Numbered from the stretch's first letter, positions 50,063 through 64,000 are shown. The stretch: 64,000 bases of DNA from Pelomyxa schiedti (GCA_020536535.1 JAHLWZ010000831.1:27545-91544); one strand, 5' to 3'. Made by a program: numbers and translations. The notes: generated by a model not told the origin, from the sequence alone.

Positions 50063-53000
50063 TCAATGGTAAAGTTCGTCATAGACACAGGGGTACTGCT
50101 GGGATTCGCTCTCGTCATCAACAACGATGGGGTCGTCAAAGGTAGCAAGGGGGAGGACGGGCCCGGGTTGCATTGGAATGAAGCCGTCTGTGTTTGTGGC
50201 TGGTGTTTGCGATTGTGGTTGTTGGTTCTGGTGCCGGGGGCTGTTGAGTGTGATGACCTTCTTGTGTACTTGGGAAAGTACGAGCTTGAATGGCGATGCA
50301 GTAATGCCAGGGATGTTGATAGGGGTTGCGGGCCGCGGCGCGCTGTTGTTCTCGGTGTTGGTGGTGTTGGTGCCAATGTTGTTAGCCTGGCTGTTTATGT
50401 TGGTCGTGACAGTGGTGTTGGTAATGTTTGTGGTTGTGGTTGTGGTTTCGGTTGCGGTAGCGGTTGTGGGTGCAGTTATGGATACGACTGTGACAGCGGT
50501 TGGGCCGTTGCTAGTTGTGGGATGTATATTTGCGGTGGTGTCTCCGTTGGACTTCGGAGTGTTGGATGCGTTGTTATTGGGATGGGGTTGGGTTGCATGA
50601 GTGGCATCCACTAGGGCATTGCGTTGGTTATCCGTCACATGCGAAGACTTTCTGGGGTGATTCGCAACGGGAATGATGGTAATTGAATGGGGTACCGTCG
50701 GTGTTCGGGTTGTGGTTGGATGCTGAAAGGTGGCTTGTGCCTCTACACGGGGGATTGCTTGTGGAATTATCTGCGTGGGAAGTGGATGATGAGTGGGAGT
50801 GGTTGGTGGGTTCTGTTTAGTGGAATCCGTTTCGATACGAAGTACAACAGTTCCTTCTTCCTCTTCAAGGGAAAACGAGGGAAGTGGGTCACTCAATTCA
50901 ATGTCCTTCCCTGTGATGTTGTCCATCACGGGCTGAGCATTGAAATCAGTCACCTCAAACTTCCAATCTCTAAAAACATGTGCACATCTGTATCTGCCCT
51001 CGCTCCTTTGCAGCAGATGGAAGAAAAGTAAGTCCACGGTAAGTTGACTTGCATAGCACGGTTTGTTGCAAACGGGGCAGAGCCATTGAGAGCGGAAATT
51101 GCACTGGTTCTTTCTCATAAACCTAACTAAGATTAGCAAGGACTGTAAATACAGTAAGTGCAGTTAATTTCAGATGGATTACGCCTGCAGTTTCCACTCT
51201 ACTCCTTTTCTTGTTCTTTTCCTTTCTTTATTATTTTCTTGGAAAGATAAAGAAATAGAAAAGAAACAAGATAAAAAAGGAGAAACAAGAAGAAACAGTA
51301 GTGTCGGGAAAGATGGACAGCACATCTATTCCTTAACTGTCTCGCCCTCTACTTTTATGAAGAAATAAAGGGGAGAGGGCATAACTCACCAGGTATCGTG
51401 GTAGAGTTAGGTGCGCAGTGATGGAGAATAAAGTAACAGTAGAAACCTCCGTAAGTCAAAACACTGGAAATGTGTGCAGAATTTTCCTCTCACTGGGATG
51501 TTAATTGAGCTGTGGGAAACGGGACAGTGAAGCGAGGCGGAAACTTCTTCTGTAATTGGACAGTCAGGTTTACAAACTTCATTACAGAGACTTACTGATT
51601 GTTGGGGATGAGAAGTAATGGGTATTAAGAAACTGTTGGCACTGCGGAATTTGGCGAACTTCAATGCGCTCTGTGATATAGAACCACATCCGCGGAATAT
51701 GTATAGCAGCACACCTGTAATAATAAAAAAAAATTAGAACAGAGGAGGATATTGATGTCGAAAGCCTTGGAGAGCAAAAAAATATCTCATCTATCCAAGT
51801 ACCCTCCTTGGGCGATCCTAGAGCTTTACATATCTGCTCTCGATTAAATGAAGCAAAGCATGATTTGAAATCAATTACCTTACATGCAAATAGCACACTC
51901 CTGGGAAAAAGTAAGTAATTTATAAGTTAATTTCATTATGGAAGTTTGAAGTAAAATGTTACCTATTATTTATTTCAGCTGGTGTTATTTGCTGAGCCAC
52001 ATCCCCTGGCCCAAGTGGTGGAGGACATGGTGGCATTGGGGAGAAAAAGAGTGACTTGGTGCCTGGAGATTGCAATAACCCTTTTCCCAAATCATACAGT
52101 GAACGTTTGGCTCGCAAGGGTTCTTCTGGGTGCCTTTTGTGAGAGACCTTCTTAGTTGGTTCAATAGCCTTTTCTGCCTTGTTTCTGAAGTGTGCATATT
52201 GTACCAAAATCTCTCGGGCACTATCTCGTTCCTTCTCTCGTATGGTAGCGGAAGTACTGTTCACGTATTGCTGAGATGACTGGTTTTGGGGTAAATATTT
52301 CAAAACGGATTGTTGGGCCTGCTGGTGTGGAACCCCATGGAACTTGGCAGCAGACTCTGGAGTGGTAATATGAGTGGTTGGTGAACGGGGAATAGAGGTT
52401 GCGTGAGAGATAGATTCAGTTGTTTGTGCTGGTCTCCTACTCAGATCAAATTCTGGTTGTTGGTGGACTGCTGGAATGGCTGACGCCTGTGACGAGGTGT
52501 TGGGTGTGTGGGCGTCTATTGCGTCTCTGGGAGGAGATTGCCCCTTTTGGGGATGAGGTTGTAACGTGGGTGTGCACTGCGGAATACACAACATTGATTC
52601 TTGCTGTGGGGAAGGGGGTATTGGTTCTTGTACTTTACTTTTGATAGGAGTGTGTGCAATGTTGGGTTCATGTTGAATGGCACCCAAGGTTACTTGAGGC
52701 GGAATGGGGAGCTGTATTGATGGCGAATCTGGCCTGTGATGGGGAGGTAATGCTAGTGCACTTTCTGCAGGTTGATGGTTACTTAGTCGGAGTGTGTGAA
52801 GCACTGGCGGGGGGGGACCAATCTCTTGTGACTTTTGTTGGATTTCCTTCATCTGGGGAATGGCACCAGGCTTTTGGTTATCTTCAGTTTGGCCCTTTGA
52901 ATACTGAGAAGGGGAGACTGAGGCTACACCAGGGGACGATGGTCTGACGATATTGACAGGTGTTTGTTGTGGTATGTTCTGGGAGGGTGCAACTGGTGGT

Positions 53001-54241
53001 GCATTGTGAGAAGTGGGGTGTGTTTCTTCAGAAGGCTTCTGTTGGTTAAGACTTTGAGAAGGTAATGGGCGAGGAGGTTTCTGTGATGCTGGACCTGCCA
53101 TAGTCGACTGTGTAGCCGCGGGAACAGCCAACATTTGAGTGTCCTGCGAATGCGACTCATGGCCTGTCTGAGCGGCATGTGAAAGCTCTGTGGTACCCCT
53201 GGCGTTCTTTGGTTTCTCATTCTCGAGGCCGGGCTCTACTTTAACAACACACGGAGTTGTGTCACCTGTTGATTTCCAAAACATCACAGGCGGTTCAGGC
53301 GGCGCGAGTCCATTTTTAATAGCTACAGCCACATGCCTCACAGCAGGTCTAGAACTGCCGTTAAGATTCACTCCCCCACCACGACGATTTGGATTTGCAT
53401 TTGCATTTGGATTGGTATTTGCATTAGCATTCGCATTTGCAGTAGCAGTGGTAGTAGAACTGGGAATAGCACTAGGAGGAACATTGGGCCTAGAAACCTT
53501 CTGGATGTGGGAGGCAGTGTTTGCATTCAACAACGCAGATGCCATTGTGCCAGTGTTACTGCCACTGCCTGTAGTAGCAGCAGCAGTGGTAGTAGTAGTG
53601 CTCGCGTTCGTGGCCGTGGTGTTCGCGGGATGCAGCTCGGTGCGCTGTGGCCCCCCGCCCACCACCCGCAGCGGGGCTGCCATGGTGTTGTTGTTGTTGT
53701 TGTTGGCCTTGGTGTGCGGCGGCTGCTGCTGCTGATGTCGCTGGGTGCCGTTGGGAATGTGAGGGGTAGGCGGAAGGGGCGCCGGCCGCATGGGAGTCAC
53801 GGGGGCCGTGGGGCGCGAGGAGACCGGCGGAGCCAGGGTGCCAGGGGGCGGGGGCACGTAGGCGGGAGGCCGCGGGGCCTGCGACTGCAACTGCGGGTGG
53901 TGCTGATGCTGCGGGGCCAGATTCGCCGCCGCGGGGCCGGCGCCGGTGTGCGGAGGCGGCGGGGGAGGCGGAGGGGGAGGGGGGGCCTGCGGTTGCGGCT
54001 GCGGCTGGGCGACGAATGGGGGGGGCTGCTGGGCGTTGTAGTAGTAGGTGGGGTACACGTAGCCGGTGGCGCCGTAGGCCTGATGGGCAGTGTATACGTT
54101 CCCGTAGGGGTAGGCGTTGGCGGCCGCCGTCCCATAATGCCCGTTCTGCGCATTGGCGTAGTATCCCCCATAGTCGTACAAATTTGGCGCCCCTACAGTG
54201 TACTGTTGCGGCGTCGTCCTCTGCGGTGGCGCGTGTGACAT
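50063..54241 (-). CDS. SP-RING (zf-MIZ) PIAS/SIZ-like SUMO E3 ligase with long low-complexity N-terminus
   Basis: SLHCPVSHSSINIPVRGKFCTHFQCFD...WLCPVCNK...LTVD; C-terminal SIM-like PIVVDDESE. Confidence 0.85.
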
Positions 54242-54313
54242 CGACGAGATTGAGATTTAGTTTCTGAGAAAAAAATTCACTTTGAGTTGCAATTGCGGAT
54301 CTGTTGGCAAGCC

Positions 54314-55895
54314 TCAGCTGGACGCGACGAGGAAACACTGAGGGGGAGGGAAGCCGAGGACGAGCTCCAGTTCCTTGGAGCACGCGGCGGTGCGCCACGA
54401 GCTGCAGACGCGGCTGGCGTGGTAGATGGAATACGCATCCAGCGGGCTCAGGGTCCACACCAGCACGCTGTGGGGCAAGCACTGCGCGAAGCTGTAGTGG
54501 TTGTTGCTCGATATGGCCGCGGGGTGCGGCTGCCACGACGTGGAGTACCTTCTCCTTTGAGAGTGGACTGAGTGGGGCAGTGTTGATGGAGATGAAAGAC
54601 GCCGCGTTGGTGCGAGGAGGGGTGATTCAGGCGGCCTGGGGGGCGTCATTGAGCTTTGTGTTACTTGCGGCGGTACGGGCATGTGTAGTCTCTTTGGTGT
54701 TGGTGCAGTTGCAATGTCAGAGGTGACAAGCCCCTCACAAATTCTGGGGATGAGAGACAGGAACCCTGAAGAAATAACTGGAGATGATGCAGGGCTTGCG
54801 TTCTGCGCAGATATATTTGGTGAAATGGGGCTGAAGGAGTCTGCAACACTTTTTCGTTGCGATTCCGAACTGGACATGGCCGAGAAGAGGTGGATGGCGT
54901 CACCGCAGCCCCTGCACTGCGCAATATTGACGCAATTCCTCCTCATCAACTTGACAACAAGCTTCTCTGTGGTGGATGCAGTAACTCCCAGTGTGTAGGC
55001 CGAAGATGAAACACGGGATTCAATTTCCTCCTTCGAAGTAACACCAACCCTCTCTGAGAAAAGGCTCCCCAGCGAAGCTCGTACCCATTGCGTTCCCTGT
55101 GTAGTGCTGAATGCCAAAAATTGGGTTTGAGGAAGTGAAGTCATGTCAAGGATTGCTTTCCACATAGCACCTTTTTGAAGTGAATGAGGTCCAAGAGGCA
55201 TGAAGGAAAGTATACTTTTCTCTTTACTTTCGCAATGACTGGCCAAGTCCAAGTCAATTAGTATAAGAAGTGGACAGGAGCCTGTGCGACACAAGAAAGT
55301 ATGTACAATGCATGCCAGCAAAGGCGGGTTATCCTCGAGAGACATTTTTACCGTTGCTTTGAAAACTGTCCTATCCCAATGAGAACGGGACCAAGACTGA
55401 GAATGCGGCCCTCTGCCCTTTACAATTCCCAAATTATACACCCTGAAAGCGGTCAGGGGAAATACTGATATTTCGATAGACATACTCCTCTAATGCTTCC
55501 AGCAGTGCATAAAAAAAGGGCTTATGTGCCTCGTAATAGGAGAATGCTCCACACATCTGCCTCACAGTGAGCTTTCCATATGCCTCGGATATTGCCACAA
55601 AAGAAGACCAATCATCCTCAGCCTGAGAGTGACAAGACAGCACCCCACTCGTGCACCTTCTCCTGCCGCAACTACCCGCTTGCCCCTGTGCTCTCTCCGC
55701 CTCGATCGCCGCTTTAGGCGTGCACTTGCAACAAAACCTCTTTCGGGGCACTACTACTCCCGCTCGCATCAGCCGCCGCACCACCGCAACACTGAATCTA
55801 CGCCAGTCTCGCGGCGACACGCTTTTCTCCTGTGGTCCACTTACGTCCCACCCAATAACCGCCACACCAACAGCACCGTACGTCAACGATGTCAT
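54314..55895 (-). CDS. hypothetical protein with C-terminal F-box-like motif
   Basis: Two ORFs joined by a 43-nt GT-AG intron (~55444-55486); LPHSVLVWTLSPLDAYSIYHASRVCSSWRTAA. Confidence 0.6.
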
Positions 55896-56286
55896 GCATA
55901 TCCACGCCGGCCCGCCAGATCTCCTATATTGGTCTTTTGTGACTCATTTAATTACGTAATTATAGGAAAATTTTGGAACGTTTAGCATGCCAAACGCCAA
56001 AGAGACATGAAACCCCGGACAGTATTTCACTTAAGAACATAAGAATCCTTACTCATTTTTTGCAAAGAAACAGGTAGAGGCACAAGGATAACAGCACCGT
56101 AAGAAACAACCAAACAATAACAAAGAAAATGGCAACGGTGGAGGCAGTACAACCGCAAGTTTGCCCTACGTTGAAAGAAGATGACCACGTGTTGTTCATA
56201 ATCCATGTTCCAAACCGTGAGGATCGTGCTGTCTGTGTTCAGAAAGTTCTGACCAAGGTACCAATCTCACTCGTTTTTATCTTTCC

Positions 56287-58886
56287 CTAACAGAACACAG
56301 TATGGCGCCAGCATCAAGACTAGACTCGGGCTGCACGACAACAACCACGGATCCGGCATAATCATGACTGAGATGATGGGAGATCCCCACGCGTATCACG
56401 ACTACTGCTCGGAGCTTCGCGGCTGCGGCGCCGACGCGTACCCGATGGTCATATCTCACCACGAGGGTCTCAATACCACCGCCCCCTGTGCCGAGCGCAT
56501 GCTCTCTTGATTTTCATTCCAGTCCGCTCGCTCACTCGCGCCATCAACTGTGATTTTTGATTGGTGTTGCTTTTTGAAGAAGGAATTCAAAGGATTTTCT
56601 TTTTTTTTTTTTTTGACGTTGCTTTGGTTAGAAGGTGTAGTACTGAAATACAATGTTGAGGGTGAAGCAGATTGCTGCACAGCATAAAATAACCATGAAC
56701 CAGACCAATGATGCACAACAGGTAAAGCAGCAGTGGGAGCTACCAGGATGCATACATAATCTAATCTCTGTGGCAATGAGTAGTATTACTAGAACAAAGG
56801 CATATAAGCCATAGAGTCTGTACTGCCTTGGAAGGTCTCAGACATGGTTAAGGATTGCCGTAAAATGTGCGATTGCAATTGCAATTGCACATGGTGATGT
56901 GAAAATAGGAAGTGTAGGATACAACAAACAAGAAATGGTGCTGGATGGTTGAGCTCGGGATAAAATACACCCAATATATATGACCCATACTCAAGGCCGT
57001 TGGTCATGCCAAAAGCTCCAACTGTGTGCTTTGTTTTGTTGAGTTCTGCAGCAGGAGTGAATTGCATTACCTCAATTATACCGGATGAGTGTTTCACAGT
57101 ACAATGATCATGGCTAATTTAAAGAGGTGAGAAAACGAAGAGAAAAGAGAAGAGAAGAGTGCACTTGTCTCCACTGAAAACTGCTGAAGGGTGAAAATGC
57201 TTGATTAGTGCTTCAGAAACATTGTGGCTGAGTACATTTGAATATCTGTGCAAAATTTCAGAGAACACCACGTATTCTGGAATATACCTCTGACGGGGTG
57301 CAGTAGAAATTGGGCCTTGCTTGGAGAACATTCCACAGTCAGTATTTTCTTGTCTCATCAGAGGTGTGTGTATGAGCAGAACGTTTTTATCTTGTACTTC
57401 CTGACTTTGCGATCTAATAATATAGAACCTTACCTGTTTCTTTGTATGTATAATTGAATCTGTCAACACTCTCTGCTGAGCGTATTGCGGGTGTGCATAG
57501 GCCAATAAAATTTATTCCATGTATCTTTATCATAAAATGGAGAGGCCCGAATTTGCTAGAATGAGGACTCCATGAGATTTTTCAGGATGACAGGGAATGT
57601 AGAAAATTGCCTTGAAAATCGGTTGCCAAGCTAACATGCATTAAAGAATATAAGAAATTACAGAAACAAAATTTTATGGTCAAACCTCCTTATCTTTCCC
57701 TGGGTTAAGAAATTGGAAGTCGTGGTTCCCACAGATGCTGAACATAGAAATGCTTTGTCTATATCACACCAATGTTATCCTAAATAGTTAGGGATTCATC
57801 CCATGGAATGGTTCTGACCTTTGAGGAAAAATCCAATCAAGCCTCTGAGACTCCACATCGAATTCTGTGTCGTTGAGGATGGAGCCACTATCAAACATAT
57901 CACCAAGCCTGAACAAGACAGAAGGCTTATGGATATCGGCAATAAGTTTGTAGCTCTTTTTCATGTACAACTAAAGGGCAGTGAATCAGGTTGATATTTA
58001 GTAGGTGAGAGAAAGGTATATTACATCGGCAAGTAGCTGAACAACATGAGCTAAGTTTCTTAATAAAATGAGAACACGGAAAAAAGGTAATCAAAGTGAA
58101 TTGTAAGGATACTCGCTCCATCTCATGTAGCGGTAGCTGTACACATCTGACCAATACAGTCAGGTATAACCCCACAATAAAAATGTAACCAAAGATGCAC
58201 ACACATCATTAGAATAGACTTTGATAGAATAGAGAGGGTACCAAAACCATACCTATTATCTGGGGATCAGCAACCATCACAAACAAGTCTCGCTCCTTTC
58301 CACCCCTCAGGGCCTCAGAAGGGGAAATTCCACCGCCCCATAATCCCCCCAGCCCCCACCGCAGCTCCCACCACGTTGCCCAAGGAGCGACGGCAGGCCC
58401 TGCAGGGGCCCCCGGCACGACGTCAGAGTGCACCGAGGGCAGCGCGACCCCGGAGCACCGGCGCGACGCGGCGGCGCGGAACAGGAGCACCTCCCCGCAC
58501 AGCAGCGAGGCGCACATGACGCCGACGCAGGCGGCGAGCCACGCGCACCGCGAGTGCCACCACAGGCGCGGGGCGCGGGACCGCGCGGAGCGGGGGCCGC
58601 GGGCGGCGAGCCGCCGCGGGGGGGGCGCGCGGCGCGGCCGGGCGTGGGGCCCGCCGGACGGCGGGGTCCCCAGCCGCGACTCGTAGTAGTGATCGTCGTG
58701 GTGCGCTGGGCTGTCCTCCTGGGAAGAAGAAGACGACGATGAGTGCGAAGGGGAGGAAGACCGCTCGTCGTCGCGGTCGTACGGGCTCCCCCCTCGTGGA
58801 TCTCGCTCGTCGTCAGCGTCGGCTTCTACATCCCGAGCGCGCCGATGTCGATTCGCGCCGCTACGGCTCGGTGCCTTTCCGAGCAT
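56287..58886 (-). CDS. MPPE1/PGAP5/Cdc1-like membrane metallophosphoesterase
   Basis: N-terminal TM, VADPQI, LGDMFDSG, GNHD, HTPL, VFSGD.HDHC, C-terminal TMs. Confidence 0.85.
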
Positions 58887-58942
58887 CCCTAATTTCCCTC
58901 AGTGTCGACTAGATCTCTTCCAAACCGAAAGGAACAACTGTG

Positions 58943-59605
58943 ATGATAGGGGACATTGAGGAGGAAGTTAGAGACATCGAGAGACGAGTTGATCGGCTGC
59001 GGCCCTCGTTGTTGGCTACGGGCAGTGCACCCAGGAGATTGGAGGTTAGGTTCCCTGCCTGCTTTGCTTGTTCGTACTTGAAACTAAAACTAAGCATAAA
59101 TGTTAGGTATCCAATGAAGTAAAGGGGCTGATGCACAGATATGAGCAATGTAGGTAAGCAGTTGCATAGAACTTGTTGTCTAACAAATCCACCCAATAGT
59201 ATTGACCAACTTCAAAGTGGAGGTTAGGCTACAGGGTTCTGGTCAAACGACTGAACAAAAGAATGTAATTCTGTCTTTCACCTTATCTTTTTAACACTTT
59301 CCACCAGTATATTCAGCACCTCACTACATATATATCCACAGTCTACGCAGAATTGTCGGTGTACACAGGTCTGTAATATCTTTCCTAACTTATAGTAATT
59401 TTTCCCAGCACCCCCAAAAACTACAAAGGATGCTCTTGATGCAGCAACCGCAATTCAAAAGGAATCCCTGTCAATTGTAGAAGAAATGGACCGCAAACTT
59501 ACCACAATGGTTCAAGTGCGTACTTTTTTCTTGTGGAACTTTCCAACTGCTAGTTAGATGTCTGGGGACCAAACAACGAAACTCAATAAAAAGTGGAAGC
59601 TGTAA
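58943..59605 (+). CDS. small coiled-coil protein, possibly SNARE-like fragment
   Basis: Short exons splice to IEEEVRDIERRVDRL...LLTNFKVE...TKDALDAATAIQKESLSIVEEMDRKL; no TM seen. Confidence 0.45.
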
Positions 59606-59705
59606 TCAAATGGCAAAAGTGTAAATAGAGTTGTGAATGATTGAGATTTTTTCTTTACAAAATCGTTGTATACAAACAGTATTTATCAACAGGGTGCAAG
59701 TGGGT

Positions 59706-62700
59706 TTATGTGTCACTGTCATGGTTATCAGCTGGATCAGTAGGTTGCGTGGGTGTGCTGGGTTTGTGTGATTAATTAAGAATCAAAAAGAATGTGAAAT
59801 GAACCTCGAAGATTTGGCCAAAGCTTGTCTCTTTTGTAATTCAGTCATTAATACCTGGTTTTGTGCTAACACATCATCTGTTTGCTTTTGTAGTGTTGAT
59901 AATTGTGCTAGCTGAGTGAATGTCAAGAGTGGTGAATTGGGATTGATAGATTAACACACAACGACATCGGCAAATTCGGAATCAGATTCTTCCTTCCTGC
60001 AGAGGGATGAGGACCGTGGTAAGATTAAAGTAAAAAGCATACTGTTGCTTTCTTAGAAGAACTTGGTCACGTAGAATTCCTAGACTCGATTCTAATCTCG
60101 AAACTGTTTTCTCCTTTTCTGTGAGCTTGGTGTTTATCTCTCTAACAACGGTAAGGATTAGAGGAAAATAAGAGAGCGAAATACGAGCATCTTTCCATTG
60201 CTGAGTTATACAGCTGGTTAAACAATCCTGTGAGATTTTGGAGCTCAGAAATTAGAGCTGACGAGTGTTGCTTCATCAAGGGAAACCCCATATACTTTTC
60301 TTGCTTTCTCCAATTAATTTCTTTTTTTTCCCTAATATTCATACCAAAGGGCGTTTCCCGAGAACAGAAAATAAAGAAGTTATCAACTTTAGCAAGAGAT
60401 CATCACGTTCTTGGATTTTCCTTGTTCCCTCTGCTTGTGAGATCTGTACTATGGTCTGAGCAGAACACATCAAACTATATGACAACCTCCGCGTTTCTCT
60501 TGAGTTCAGCACAAGTGGCCTCCTTTTGTTTTAGCTCCTTCAAAAAGGTAAAATTGTGATTAAAGAGGAAAGCACTTACCTCTTGCAATGAGGACATTTC
60601 TTGGTGCTGCGCTTCAATTTGCTCAAGAAGACTCTCATTTTCGGAGATTTTTTGAATGAGATCGGCTGAAGTCTGCGCTGCGTCTGACGGAGCTTTTATC
60701 TTCAAGAGGTTTTTTTGCTGTTCCCTGAAGACTGTTGGACTGCACAGAGAAAAGAGGATAAATACTGAATTTGCTGTAATTTAGTGGAATGTCTCTTTAG
60801 TAACTCAATGTGTGATGCCAATTTCGCTTTTAGATCACCCTTGACACCCTCAGAGCTGGGAAAGTTAGGCAGCTTTTGGCAAGACATGGCGTTTTCACCT
60901 TATGTCCGCCTGGAGTTTCTCTGTAATTGCCAGCACTTGCCAGAAATGTTCTTGCAGAGGTTTCAGTTGTTCATTTGTCCTGCCAATTTCGAGAAAAATC
61001 AGAGGTGCAGTGCAGTCTTTAAGTATACTCACTTTTGTAGTTGTTGCAATTGAAGAGCCACAGTCTGCAACTGTTCCTCAGAGAATAATTGTCTGGAAAA
61101 CAAAGTTAGGGGTTATTTTTTTTGCAAATTTTTGCGTACTCTTCAGGGTTTACGGAAGCTTGCTTTACTCTGCAAGTTATTAGGACTTCACAGGAAAGGT
61201 TGGAAGAACGAACTGTAGTGTAACCCGCAAGTTCTCACACTCCGTTTCAAGTTCTTTTCGGGCATCATCACTACTCCTGTAATTGGTCACGTATGACTGT
61301 GGATAAAACATATTATGCACACTTTGCTCGTATTTGTAATTGCTTGAGTTCACTTTCAATTTTTAAACGAGCATCCTCTTGCTGCCTGTGAAAAATCGTA
61401 AAGTCCTGTCTCACAAGCCAAATACAAACTTGCAAGTAAGATTTTTATGAAGTAAATCCGACTCGAGGTGGTGAAGTTGCCCCTCCAATTCTTCAATTCG
61501 ACGCTGAAGCTCTCTAGACCACGGGTAGGATGAGAGGGGAAACGATATTGACACACCGCTCATTCCTTTGGACTTCTTCTACAGTATTCCCTAATTCCGC
61601 TGCGCGGACCTCAGAGTTCCTGTAACAGGTTACCACATTACAGGGGTCTCACCGTTACCTTCTAGATTCTGAAGCTTCAAACATGGTTGCAGATCTTTTG
61701 AGATCTTGTTCAAGCTGTGTGACCCGCCGCTGCAGTGTCCTGTTGAATAAACGGTTACAGGCTTGTTTCTTGAAAAAAGGAGAATGCACAAGTTGGTCTG
61801 TGTCAACTGGGAAATTGCATCCTCCAAATCTTTATCATCAGAATCATTTCTTTTTGTATTATCCCCTTGATACAGTTTTCTGTTGTGAATGGTATCTCTT
61901 TGCCGGGATTCGGACTCCAACTGCAGAGCATGTTCAATGGCATTCTTCTCTCTTTCAACAAGTTGGTTGGAGTTGATTATACATATAACTCACCGATCCT
62001 GGGCCATAGAGAGTTTTAACTCATTAGAGTCAAGTGCTTTCCTCAATTCGGTAACCTCCTTTTGCAGGGACAGGTATTCTTCAGACTGTATCTGGGGTTC
62101 CTTCCCAGCAGACTTCTGTGCATTTTTACTGTCACCATTTTCGCACCCACATTGGCAATTTGCGCGTTCCCTTTTCAGCTTTGCTAGTTCCTCATTTCTG
62201 ACACGGATCAAATCTCGTGCTCTCACAATTAGAAGTCGATAGCGTTCAATTTTTTCATTTGCCTCACTCAATTTCATTTGCAGAGCCGCGAATTCCTGCT
62301 GTGGCTGCTGCTGTCCATTCTGCGGAATTTTTGACAGCTTGCGTTGAGTGTTGAAGAGACTCAGCCGAAGATTGAAGTTCTCCTTCTTCAGCTCCAGATT
62401 CTCCTCCGTCAAGTCTCGGATGTGAGAGCTTGGGGACGGATTCGGCATGTGGCCGTGCTGCTGACCAGGCAGCCGAGCCGACAAGCTCCCACTGGGAACC
62501 GAAATCGCGGCCGGGTCCCTGGCGCCGGGGCTCCGGCTCCTCGTGGGGGAGCTGGACGGCGAGGCCCACATCTCGTCAATGTCAGATAGCCTGAAGTCCC
62601 GAACGTCGCTGCTCAGTTGGTCCCCGCCTCCCCTCGCGGCAGTCTCAGCCTCATCGCCGCCGCCGCCAATCTCCCCACACACCACAGGCTCCTCCTCGCC

Positions 62701-62966
62701 CTTCTCCCTGCCGCTCTCCGTGTTTGTTTCCACAACGCCTACGCCGTCGCCGCCGCCGCCATCGGCCTCGAGCAGCCGTCCCCCTCCTGAGCCCGAGCCT
62801 CCGCCGCCACCATCGTCGTCGTTGTCTGGGGTGTCAACACCAGCGGGCTGCCTGCCGTCAGTCCCGCTCTCGGTGCCGTCGCTGCAGCCACCCACAATTT
62901 CCACACTCACGGCCTCTGGCACAGCTACCATTCCGGTCCCAGTACCAGTCCCGTCCGCGTCCCCAT

Positions 62967-62997
<31 letters not shown>

Positions 62998-63645
62998 GCC
63001 ACCGCCACCACCACCCGGCGTGTTCCAGCCCCCCTCCTCGCCCTCTCGCTCGGCGCCGCTGCCCCCCGTCCCCGTTCCCATCCCGCCTCCGTCGGCGTCG
63101 GCGTCGGACGCGTCCTCGGCCCCCAGGCCCGGTGTGGTGCTGTCCGAGGTGCGCTGCTGGCCAAGCGTCTCTTGGTCGTCGCGCTCCTGGCCCCCGTCCT
63201 CTGCGTCGCCGTCGTTGTCGTCGCCGTACGCCGGCCGCTGGGTCGTGCGGTCGCTGGCGTAGGCCCGTCGGCTCTGCGGGTGCTTCTGCTGTGGTTGCTG
63301 CTGTTGCCTGCCAGCATTGGGCGTTCGTTGCCGCTGGGGTTCTATTGGGGAGGGCTCCCCGGCTCCAACGACACGGCGGGCCCTCGACGCCCTGCCGAGC
63401 CCTCGCGCGGGGAGCACGGCGTTCTGCCTAGAGGCAGACGAGGAGGCCGAGGCAGAAGGGGTAGATGCGAACGACCGAGTGCGGGCGGACGTCGCAGCGG
63501 TCTGCGGGCGGGCGCCAGACGGCGAGGCCGCTGGGCTGGAGGCGTACGAACGCGCGGGAGCGGCGCCCCACGGGCTGTTGTTGGCGGTGCTGCTGCTTGG
63601 AAAAGATCCTCGGCCACGGCGAGACGCGGCTGTGCCCTTCATCAT
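59706..63645 (-). CDS. coiled-coil protein with centrosomin motif 1 (CM1; CDK5RAP2/Mto1-like gamma-tubulin complex receptor)
   Basis: IRDLTEENLELKKENFNLRLSLFNTQRKL matches the CM1 LKKENFNLKL consensus, followed by long heptad-rich exons. Confidence 0.78.
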
Positions 63646-64000
63646 CTCCAGTCTTCTGGGAATTCCAATTGCCTGAAGAAACAGGTACAACAAAACTGGT
63701 TGTGCACAACCGTACTAGTGATACTAATGAGGAGCACCTCACAACCGCACTGCCCAACATTCCAGAACTCAAGACCAGGCCTTGGAGGAATCTTCTCCAC
63801 TGGAAGCGAAAAGATGATCGATGAACAAATTTATTCCGCGACTGATCGCTGTGCCCTCTTTTTGTCTTTTTCGCGTGCACAATGAGCCGAGACAGCCAGC
63901 ACCGACCGTTGTTAGATCAGGCCCTTGATTCTACAATAGAGGACGGGTGGTTAGTGGTTGATGAGCCCCCTTCCTCAGGTTTGTTTAGCAAAAAAAAAAA

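Noticed and set aside
62543-63885. Long antisense or overlapping ORFs in GC-rich regions (also 16173-16622, 36560-37249, 53333-54238)
   Set aside because: Shadow ORFs of GC-rich low-complexity exons with no recognisable domains

Overview
Gene-dense eukaryotic genomic DNA in the standard code, with about 28 protein-coding genes, many short (~40-60 nt) spliceosomal introns and gaps between genes often under 120 bp. Gene content and style suggest a free-living amoebozoan, possibly an anaerobic archamoeba such as Pelomyxa; this is inference and unverified. Housekeeping genes: RPS8, TAF7, IMP4, SmD1, a Rab, a PIAS/SIZ-like SP-RING ligase, an MPPE1-like phosphoesterase, a papain protease and a centrosomin CM1 protein. 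Most notable: (1) an LRR-pseudokinase whose 16 LRRs each begin a separate phase-1 exon (mostly 84 nt), with hypervariable ligand-face residues and an intron-split variable codon, suggesting an immune-like modular receptor; (2) a ferrochelatase-fold protein with intact catalytic His/Glu, an ER signal peptide and N-glycosylation sequons; (3) a vWA protein ending in a ribosomal P-stalk-like tail (DMGFGLFD*); (4) a Vint (vWA-Hint) protein with a second vWA domain nested inside; (5) a candidate NELF-E head-to-head with TAF7; (6) intron-containing bacterial-type genes (RapZ C-terminal domain, fused 4-OT tautomerase, receptor adenylyl cyclase); (7) a ~105-bp non-coding element in three copies (two direct, one inverted). 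Gene models were spliced by eye, so boundaries are approximate. Family calls come from motif recognition, not database searches.
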